Below, in pieces: positions 54,151 through 64,000 of a DNA stretch of 64,000 bases (its first letter is position 1; each line of letters opens with the position of its first letter). The notes beneath the pieces were generated by a model, which had not been told where the DNA came from, searched no databases, and saw nothing but the letters and a program-made list of their open reading frames with translations. This stretch comes from Octopus vulgaris (Eukaryota), in NCBI GenBank assembly GCA_951406725.2, contig OX597815.1, positions 131,316,001 through 131,380,000 of the forward strand, given 5' to 3'. Position numbers and translations under genes: made by a program.

Positions 54151-54241
54151 AAAAAATGAGTAGAGATGGCATTTTTTACGTGGGGGGAGGTAATCTTTAT
54201 TTAAAATTTATCCCCACAAAAGGCCATTCTACTCATTTTTT
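54151..54241. repeat. Imperfect foldback between (TA)n tracts
   Basis: AAAAAATGAGTAGAGATGGC..GTGGGG / CCCCAC..GCCATTCTACTCATTTTTT. Confidence 0.8.
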
Positions 54242-55509
54242 GATATATATATATATATGTGTGTGTGTTGCAATTAATGTGGGCATAGATAAGCGACAAG
54301 CTACAAGTATTTTCCCCTTATTTCATGACGTTTTAAGCTCTGCCGTTCCCTACAATGATATATATTGATTAAATTCTAGTTCCTGTCTTTTAATCTAGAT
54401 CTGTTGCTATGCCGAAATATTTTTTCTCTTTTTTAAGGTTGCAATATCTATGTTACAATAGAAGTTCCTGATTCAATCTGCATTAAATATTATATATTCT
54501 AGTTTCCTGTTTTTAATGTTCTGGAATTATTTCTTGATAGACGAGAATAGCAACCAAAATGATAAAATTATTTTGTATGACTAAATTAGCTCTATTTTCC
54601 TTTTTTCCTTTTACATATGTATATTTATATCGCATAATTTTTCCCCACTAGTTGTACAACGTTAAACACATTCATGTTATACCACTGGGTTATACGGGAA
54701 TTTCCCTGTCATAATAAAGTTAATATACATAGCAGTAAAGGAGCCTGCCAGAGTCGATACTTTGTGGCGTCTTCCCACTTCTGACTCTAAATTCCATTCT
54801 GATTCGAAATTCCGCCGAGGTGGAAAACATAATTGCTAGTTCAGCATTGGGGTCTTTATAATCGATTTTCACCCTCCACTTAAATTGCTGGCTTCGTGCT
54901 AAAATTTGAAGTGACATGTAAGTAGCAGTTGTTGCTATGCAAATTGACGAAACAGAGGCCTACAAACTTAAGGAGTCAAGAGTTTTATGTTATCCTTTTG
55001 AAATATGGTATCACAATGCTAATGTGCAAATAAGTGTATACCTCTTTGACGAATCTACTTTACACCCATACACAACACACACACATATATACAGTGATAC
55101 AGATTTTGTCATAAATAATGAATAAATATTTTGTTTCACCTGAAGGCACATCAGGGACTTAATTTGTTGTAAGGGTAAAGTTATTTATATAACGATATCC
55201 ACAGCGAAGAACATATACAGAAGGGGAGTTGGGTAAGAATGGTAGATAAGGAGAGGGTATTGATTGATTATGGTGGTAAATATGGAGGTGGTGAGTGCAC
55301 GAAAGTTAAAATCTCTAATAATAATTTACCAGTCCATTCTTTGACGCTGCCCGTCCATCTTTTCCTCTATCAACCGCTCCTGTTGATCTCTCACACGGAT
55401 TATTAAAGAATGTCCTTTCTAACGCCACTGCAAAAATAAAAGCATAGACACTCAGTCATACATACAGATACATAAGCACACATATGAATGTGCGTGTAGC
55501 TATAAGCAT

Positions 55510-55900
55510 AAATGGCAATTTCTGTCTGTTTGTGGGTCTGTGTGTGTGTGTTTGTGAATTTGTTACTTTAATTTCTCCGAAACTATCCAACCGGTCTTGG
55601 TGAAACTTGACACGTGCGTGGAATTATGCCCATACGGTCACTAACGCACTTGGAATTTTAAAAACAATCGATAATTTTTAATCAGCATTGATTTTTCAAA
55701 AATCAGTAGGGCATTTCAAGGCAAATACTCATATGAATGTTATTTTCTGCCATAACTTTTAAAGTTTTCAACCGATTTTATTGATATTTTATACACAGAT
55801 GGAATATGTGCTAAGGATGGGTCGAGACGAATAAATTCTTTTACGCACTTGCACAAAAATGATGATAACACTCGTTCACTACCAGGCACTGGTAATTTTT
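55510..55900. mobile_element. DINE/Helentron-like non-autonomous repeat remnant
   Basis: TCTGTCTGTTTGT..TTTCTCCGAAACTATCCAACCG..GAAACTTGACAC; CCATAACTTTT..CAACCGATTTT. Confidence 0.4.
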
Positions 55901-56199
55901 TCGTCAAATTGGTCCTACCCATTGATAGATATTTCAAATTGATGAAAAATGCCAAAATTCGACGAAAAATGTTTCATGGGTATAAACAGACCTCTTATTA
56001 ACGGTAATCTCATTAGCATATGCTAATTCAGCGTTTCAATATGAATCGTTTTCATTTGCTAAAACTCATTATTTCAATTCGTTGATTTAATTATCCAGCG
56101 TTTCAGGTTTTAAATAGTTAAGTACATTTTATTTCTCAAGCATTTTCAGTATCTCATGCATAACCATAAATATATAGACAATCAAACTACATTTATACA

Positions 56200-56740
56200 A
56201 ACCACTAATTATATACAAGGTTTAACTTATCAGTATACCCCCTCTTAATTTGCGAATACTTTTTGAGTTCAAATTTGCGTTAAGTTACTACATGAACCTT
56301 AACTCTTATAAAAGTTCAGGATCGTATATGAGTCTTTTAAGACAGAGAATATTCTCATATCACAGTATCCAAGTGTAATGATAATAGATGTGGAACGTGT
56401 CAATACAGGCATACCGGTAGATTCATTAGAACACAAAATGGACAGATTTTCACAAATGCAGATATGAACTGCAAAAGCAAAATTTGATCTACTGCATTAA
56501 ATGCCCTAATTGCGAGAAACTATAGATTAGCGAGACAGGGGATGCATTATCGGAACGCTCGCGAGTTCTAAGACAACAAATCCGGAACACTAATGTTCGC
56601 CAAATTCCATTGAGCGTACATACAGAAATATCTGGTCAGAAAATGTTTCTAATTTTTCCTTTCCAGAAACTACATGACACAAGCGAGGTTAGAAGAAAGA
56701 CATTTCATTAAAATGTCCAGACCTGTTCTGAACGGAAATA
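56200..56740 (+). pseudogene. Penelope-like element (Neptune-type) GIY-YIG endonuclease remnant
   Basis: From 56371, KCNDNRCGTCQY...MNCKSK/NLIYCIKCPNCEKL*ISETGDALSER...EERHFIKMSRPVLN, with a frameshift and a stop. Confidence 0.85.
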
Positions 56741-57104
56741 ACAATAATAATATAACAACCAATTAATGATGTGGATTTTAAAATATCATTAACATACGAA
56801 TATAAAATATTACAGAAGACTCCCACCGAATGAAATAAAAACGATCGAAGCCAATTAGGTTTGCTCACTCATAAAACCATTACATGTAAACCACAAGCTA
56901 ATCGGTTAAAATAAAGGTAGAATCTATGCCAGTATTATTATTGCAACCGCAAACCGTGACGTTTAAGCTGTATGTTAATGGGTAAAAACCATATCCAAAA
57001 TATTCAGCTTGTCGGAGTCTTCTAAAAGTATAAAAAGGAAGAAGTCAGTCGTTTTACTACAGTTGTCAAGTACTCAACTCATCTGTCAGTTAAATACATT
57101 TTGA

Positions 57105-57143
57105 AATCTGATGATTACTTCGAACAGTATGACAGCGCTAATT
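57105..57143 (+). ncRNA. Hammerhead motif in the 3' terminal repeat of the PLE
   Basis: AAT CTGATGA TTACT TCGAAC AGTAT GAC AGCGCT A ATT (GAA>GAC). Confidence 0.7.
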
Positions 57144-57287
57144 GAACTTTATGAGCATTACTAAATGTCTTTTTTTAATGTTTGACAGCCTTCAACATTG
57201 CAAAAAATATTTAAATACATGAATAAAAAACGTGAAAACCAGACCATGCTGTATCTTTATTCCAATGATATATTTATGTATTTATAT

Positions 57288-57370
<83 letters not shown>

Positions 57371-57371
57371 C

Positions 57372-57443
<72 letters not shown>

Positions 57444-57747
57444 AATACAAAATGGGACAAAAACGCAAAACATTCAAATAGACGACACAAAAAACGGACG
57501 GTTCATTTGAAGCCTCTAATCTTCAGTCAAGAACCGGATCATCCTCGCAATTTCGGCTGATTAATATATATATATATGAGGCGCTTCAAAAAATAAACAC
57601 ACACATAAAAGCATAGAGATATTTACATATATATTTAAAGATAAACTTACTTTTAGATGGTACATAAAAAATACAGAAAACAAAAGGAGGATGCATACCA
57701 TTTTTAACTCGATCTTTAAATCTTTCGCACCACGATAAGAACTGCTA

Positions 57748-59035
57748 CGAGGGACGTTCAATAAGTAATGCGTCTGACCCACTTGCAGTTGTTTGATCTA
57801 GCTGAAATTTTGCATGTGCAATCATTTATATCTCTATAGAGTAAGTGGCAAATTACAGCTCTGAATTAATTGTGGTTTCTTGATTTACAGGTGTTTGAAC
57901 CGAGTCAAGTGTGAAATGGAGCCTGTTGAGTGTCGAGCAGTGATCCGGTTTTTGTATTTGAAAGGACGCACACCACGGGAGACTTTTGATGAAATGAAAG
58001 TAACTTATGGTGATGATGCCCCATCATATGACCCTGTAAAACGCTGGCATCGTGAATCCAAACATGGTCGGAACTCTGTGGAAACAGCTCCCAGATCTGG
58101 TCGCCCCCTTCTGCCATTGATGAGGCATCTGTCCGTGAAGTTGAGGCTGCCATTTTGGAAGATCGACGCATAATTATTCGCCAAATAGCCCATGAGGTCA
58201 AGATTAGTACCGCGTCTGTGGAAACTATCATTCATGACCATTTGCATATGCAAAAGGTGTCTGCCAGATGGATTCCCAGGCTGCTCACGCCTTTCCAGAA
58301 GCAAGAACGCGTCGAGTGCTCGAGGGTGAATTTGCAGATGTGACAAGATGAGTCAAAATTTTTCAAAAGACTGATTACACAGGATGAAACCTGGGTCCAT
58401 CACGATGATCCAGAGACCAAATCCCAGTCAATGTAGTGGAAGCACCGTGACTCACCCCCTCCAAAGAAGGCAAGGGTGCAGCCCTCCGCTGGCAAGGTCA
58501 TGCTCACAGTCTTCTGGGACCTGGACGGAGTAGTGATGACAGATTTCCTGGCAAAGGGTACCACAATTGCAGGAGCCTATTATGCTTCACTTTTGAGGAA
58601 ATTAAGAGAAGTTATCAAAATCAAGAGGCGGGGCAAGATCAGCAAAGGCATCCTCCTCCTGCAGGACAACGCTCCGGTCCACAACTCGCTTGTCGCCAGA
58701 TCAGAAGCACAGGCATATGGCTATGAACTCCTCCCCATCCCCCTACTTTCCTGACCTTGCACCCTCTGATTTTCACCTCTTCCCAATCATGAAGTTGTTT
58801 TTGAAAGGAAAGCGTTTCCCAGATGATGTAGCCTTGATTTCTGAAGTCACGTTGAGGTTGGAGGACCAAGCTGGTTTCTTCTACAAAAACGGTCTCCAGA
58901 GCCGCATTAAACGATGGGAGAAATGCGTAACTCTGGGTGGTTCCTATGTAAAAAAAGACTAATAACTGTGCCAAGTTTCGTTGCTCTACTGCTATGGGAA
59001 GTGGGTCAGGGGCATTACTTATTGAACGCCCCTCG
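57748..59035 (+). mobile_element. Full-length inactive mariner (irritans/Himar1-like)
   Basis: TIRs CGAGGGACGTTCAATAAGTAATGCGTCTGACCCACTT / AAGTGGGTCAGGGGCATTACTTATTGAACGCCCCTCG, TA TSD; transposase 57916-58962 with RSGRP, WIPRLL, DETWVH, QDNAPVH, PDLAPSDFHLF. Confidence 0.95.
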
Positions 59036-59334
59036 TAGTTGCCAGTTTTCCCTTGTTGGCGAAGGAAGCCGGTATGACAATAATATATCTGTCTCCATCT
59101 ACTGGTTGCATATCCATGAGGTTTTGTAAATTCCATTTTGTTAATTGTATACATTACAACTATTACATAATTGCGACCTCCCATAAACAGCTGTCGAGTT
59201 AAAAAAAAATACATATTTTCCCTTTAGTTTTCTGTATTTTTTGTACTCTTTGTCAAAACAAATCTATTTGTGAATATATAAATGTATCTATGATTGTACA
59301 TGTGTGGTTATCTTCTGGATGTATTTAGTCTCTG

Positions 59335-59425
<91 letters not shown>

Positions 59426-59723
59426 ACGTATACACACACACGCCCCCACACACACGCACACATACACACACACAGTCACACACACACACATACGCACACA
59501 CACAAAGGCAACAAGTACAGTTGTCACTAAAGTGACAGAGGGTACGAAGGAGCACCATAGGAAACATCGACTGATGTCGAAAATGGTGAAGTGAGAATTA
59601 TAAAATATTACAGTGGTTATTCGCAATTTAGAACCAATAGGCAGTAAGTACATCTGTACTAGAAATAAGAAGCAAAACAACTCTTAGCTACGTGAGAGTA
59701 CTTTTCTGACGGCTGATAAGGCA

Positions 59724-60200
59724 GGTTCCCTCTCTACGACAAGCGAGATGCAACTGTGTATCGTTAACCAGCTAGAGGAGATGTCCTCTTCGGGTTAAAA
59801 AACCGCAGTAGAGGCCGCTGGAGCAGACAACCATGTTAATGTGGCTACAAATATTTCTTGTCAGTCCATCTGCTGCTTCGATATCTTAGAGAGATGTTAG
59901 AACTAGCATTTTTGCTTGTTGCAAAATGAGCAACTGTTTGTTGGCTTGAAACATATATATTGCCTGCAGAGGCTCGCGGCTTTCATTTCTGGCACTGAGG
60001 AGTGTCAGAAATAACCCGAAACCAGTACTGGTCTACTGGTCCCGTCGTTAGGAAATAGTAGGGGTTCGCTCCCCTGCTCGCAATTTTATCGGATGCAACT
60101 GCGCATCATTAACCAGCTAGAAGGGATGTCCTCTTGGGGTTAAAATATCGCTGTAGAGTCCGCTCGAACGGACAGCTATGTTAAAGTGGCTACGAATATT
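59724..60200 (+). repeat. Diverged direct duplication (~130 bp shared, period ~340 bp)
   Basis: GATGCAACTG..TTAACCAGCTAGA..GATGTCCTCTT..GTGGCTAC at ~59747-59850 and ~60092-60193. Confidence 0.85.
59990..60039 (+). ncRNA. Hammerhead ribozyme motif with 12-nt palindromic stem III
   Basis: TGGCA CTGAGGA GTGT-loop-ACCC GAA ACCAGTACTGGT C TACTG. Confidence 0.7.
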
Positions 60201-60506
60201 ACTTATGTATATGTATGTATATGTATTTATTTATTTCTGTGTATCTATGTATATATCCAGATGCTTGCCTGTCTATCTATCTGACTGTTTGACTCTGTCT
60301 CTCTCTCTCTTTCTCTCTCTCTATCAATCTATCTATTTATCGATTTATATAGATATATACATAGATACAGAGTAAGAAAAAGCAAGAGAGAGAGGAAAGG
60401 ATATATATGTGTATATATATATATATATGTACCCATATATGCATGTATATATACATGTAGAGGTAGGTAAGTACATATATGTATATATACATTTGGCATT
60501 GTAAGC

Positions 60507-60875
60507 TACACCAATGCTAGAACGGGACGACACTGCATAGTGCCAAAGATCCCAGCAATGCCATCACGCTTCAGGACCAGCTTCTGCAACAGCCTGGGTT
60601 TCAAGGGCCCACATCTTTTTAATATTCTCCCAAAGAGTCTGAGGAACTTGCACAAAGTAGATATAGCGATTTTTAAATCAAAGCTGGACATCTTCCTGTC
60701 GAGAGTCCCAGATGAACCTACCTCACAGCAAGAGGTGCAACTGAGAGTAGCTATATCAAACTCCATTCTTCACCAAGTGCCACATATTAGACGAGGTTCT
60801 TCGCAATAACAGTGTAGCACAAAACGGCGGTGCATCAGCATGACCGCAGCTCTGAGCTAAAACTAGAATTTAAAA
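60507..60875 (+). mobile_element. CR1-type LINE 3' end
   Basis: SFCNSLGFKGPHLFNILPKSLRNL..FKSKLDIFLSRVPDEP..SNSI. Confidence 0.8.
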
Positions 60876-60879
60876 GAAA

Positions 60880-61742
60880 ATGTTTTGTTTATCTATTAAT
60901 TTATTATATGACGGAACGCACGCATCCATTTCTAAGTAAGATTGTTCTTAATATTAATAATGATGCGCACTCTTAACATTTCTCTCCTCCTCCCTTTCTC
61001 AGCCTTCATTCTTTTGGCTTTCCTTTTCTTCTACCTTACTGTCTCTCCCTTTCTCTCTCTCATTCTTCATTCTTTTCTCTACAACCATTCCCTTTTTCTC
61101 TCCCTTTCTCTTACTCCTCCTCCTCCCTCCCGTCGAGGACACGTGATGAGAAGGCTACTACTGTCTTTCTTCTCCTGGCTACCTTCAAGTAGAGACGGCA
61201 AATCTGTTGCTCCCTCGCCGTTCTCAAAAAATAGCGTTCGTAAACATTTTTATCTCGTTCGGCTTAACAGCCCTTCTTGTTTGTGTTACTGTTATTCTCC
61301 GTGTCCTGTCTTTTACTGTTTATATTTTGTACTGTCGTTTCTGTCCTGTTTTTGTTACCATTTTTACCCCTCCGCAAAAACATCTCAAATTTTATTTAAT
61401 TTGATTTTCGCGGGAAGGAAAGTTTCATTAAAGTCATGTATCGACTTGACCTTCGAAACGTGGAGTAGATGAAACAAAGACGACTGAAGAAGGGTAATTC
61501 TCCTTGTTTTGTATGTCCTGTACTCTATTTTTTCGTTGTTTAAGGAAAATGTCCATTTCCTTGGTTTTGTGTTTATGTTTTTATTTCTCATTGTGTTCGA
61601 CGTTTTTTTGGTGTCCTGTACCCATATATGCATGTAGAGGTAGGTACGTACATATATGTATGTATATATGCATATGTTTTATTTATTTATTAATTTATTA
61701 TATGACGGAACGCACGCATCCATTTCTAAGTAAGATTGTTCT
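60880..61742 (+). repeat. Repeat bounded by ~70-bp direct repeats (60880-60949, 61674-61742)
   Basis: ATTAATTTATTATATGACGGAACGCACGCATCCATTTCTAAGTAAGATTGTTCTT occurs twice. Confidence 0.8.
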
Positions 61743-61769
61743 TTATATATATATATATATATATATATA

Positions 61770-61822
<53 letters not shown>

Positions 61823-62170
61823 GAATGTATGTGTGCCTGTATGCACTGTAGTACTCAGTGTGTATCGGAAAGATATACACAGCTATAAATTTAAAAAAAT
61901 TGTTTCCTCTATTTGTGAATACAGAATTTCATTTCCCAAATAATTTGTAGAGGAGATTTGATTGGAAGATTTCAATTTCCAGTATGAGCATCTGGGTTTC
62001 CAAAAGGTAATAATACATTTTCTGTCTTGCATATCTAAAATAATCCTTTGAAAAAATCTACAAACCACCAGAGCCATGATATTAGAGCTGAATTTATAAT
62101 CATGACTCAACTACTAAAATGAATTTATCAGCGGAGCGGATTTAGACAAATTCGCCAAGTTATAGGAATG

Positions 62171-62205
<35 letters not shown>

Positions 62206-62216
62206 GTATATACATA

Positions 62217-62286
<70 letters not shown>

Positions 62287-63452
62287 CATATATATGTATA
62301 TATATACATATATATATGTAAATATATACATATATACATATCCATGAATATATATATATATTTATATACATATATTCATGCACACACGCTTACATACATG
62401 ATAACAACAAATAGAAAATCTGAAAATATTGATATAGTTCCATCATGTAAACATATCAATGTCATGTTTGATGTTATTGTTTATATTTTATACATAATTT
62501 TTTTTTCATTCTAGTCTTTTGAGAATAACTGCCGTTCTTAATTAGTTACCTTTCTGATAATGTTGTTGCAAGTGTTATTGTTTTGTGTTACCATAAACAA
62601 TAAGTTTACCTCTGTGGAAACAGAATATAATGATGTTTTCTTTTGTGCTTTTCTACTGATGTTTATGTATCGAATTTTCAATTAAACCAGCTACCGTTCA
62701 TTTTTGTTCTTTCTTCTTGCAGTTCTGACTATAACTATCAGCGCTTACAGCCAGTGCTTTAACATATTCATATTCTATACACTATTGCTCTAATTCTATA
62801 TTTTATTGTAGCTGGCTTTTATTTTAGTTTTGTTACTAATCTATATGAACAGTTTCAGTCGTAATATTTTCAGGAACATATGTAAAAGGAATTTTCAAAT
62901 ATTTATATGAATTTCTACGTATTAACTTGATACTTGTGATTTTAAACTAGAAGTCAAATATAAATCAGTCTTCACCGTTTTCGACGATGAGTATTCATTC
63001 ACAGACATATATCCTAACTTAAACTAATTTTGTGGCTGAGTCAGTGGGACATGGGATGTGACAATACTGGTACAAGCAATACTTTATAATGCAGACACAA
63101 TCCAATCGCTGGACATACGTATTTTTCACGCAAAAAGCTTAAGTCGAACCGAAGCTATTGTAAATACAAATTTACCCAAAATGCTACGCAGTGGGACTGA
63201 ACCAGGGACGTGTGATTGCGAAACAAAATTGTTATGCATTTAGCTATGTATTTTGCAAGATCAGTGCTATGATCTTTGAGCTATGGTGGCTTATACTTTT
63301 AATTAGATCATGATTTTAACGCTGTTCACGTCGCTGGATTGAATGCTACCGCCTTGGTGTCGAAACTGTTATAATATGCGCGAGGCAGTCTATAATGGAT
63401 GTTTGTTCTTGATCAACTTGTTATCAGTAATTTTTAAATATATTATTCTAGG

Positions 63453-63890
63453 AAGGTGGTCAGCTGGCAGAATCGTTAGCACGCCAGGCGAAATGCTTAG
63501 CAGTGTTTCATCTGTCATTATGTTCTGAGTTCAAATTCCGCCGAGGTCGACTTTGCCTTTTATCCTTTCGGGGTCGATTAAATAAGTACCACTTACACAT
63601 TGGGGTCGATGTAATCGGCTTAATCCCTTTATCTGTGCTTCTTTTCGCCCTCTATGTTTAGCCCCCTGTGGGCAATAAAGAAATATATTACTTAAAGACT
63701 CGTTAGCTCGCCGATCGAAATGCTTAGCGGTATTTCGTCTCTCTTTATGTCCTGAGTTCAAATTCCGCCGAGGTCGACTTTGCCTGTTATCCCTTCGGGG
63801 TCGATAAATTAAATGCCAGTTACGTACTGGGGTCGATCTAATCAACTGCTCCCCTCCCCCAAAATTTGAGGCCTTGTTCCTAGAATAGAA
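63453..63890 (+). mobile_element. Two tandem SINE family A copies
   Basis: GTTCAAATTCCGCCGAGGTCGACTTTGCCT..CCTTTCGGGGTCGAT at ~63530 and ~63757. Confidence 0.9.
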
Positions 63891-64000
63891 AAGAATATAT
63901 TGTTCTAGGCCCTTCATTCTCGTCCAGTTGAAATTGTTAAAGGTTGTATGGTTTATGGGGGTTTTGGTGTTTATATCATACCGTACATCGATATTGTGTG

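Noticed and set aside
57495-57562. Minus-strand CTGAAGA motif between (TA)n tracts
   Set aside because: Could not pair stems II and III around a GAAA
57916-58962. Active or domesticated mariner transposase (also 20994-22016)
   Set aside because: Multiple frameshifts and in-frame stops

Overview
AT-rich animal genomic DNA, saturated with microsatellites and almost entirely transposon-derived. The SINE families and repeat landscape look cephalopod (Octopus)-like, which is an inference. No intact protein-coding gene is supportable; nearly all listed ORFs are microsatellite translations or transposon remnants. Recognisable elements: several R4/Dong-type restriction-like-endonuclease LINE fragments (some ending at (TAA)n), two Tx1/L1-like elements with CCHC ORF1 that both follow a SINE head, two full-length dead mariners, a Tc1-like element, hAT and Helitron-like remnants, a CR1-type 3' end, three tRNA-derived SINE families and a ~148-bp tandem repeat. 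The main signal missed by the ORF track is RNA structure. More than a dozen minimal type I hammerhead ribozyme (HHR) motifs with palindromic stem III sit in short, often inverted Penelope-like (PLE) remnants, many inserted in microsatellites. They include compensatory core variants (G3:C8, probable U3:A8) and one motif just downstream of a degenerate PLE GIY-YIG ORF. There is also a 5'-truncated HDV-like ribozyme candidate. All structures were paired by eye, and repeat boundaries are approximate unless TIRs/TSDs are quoted.
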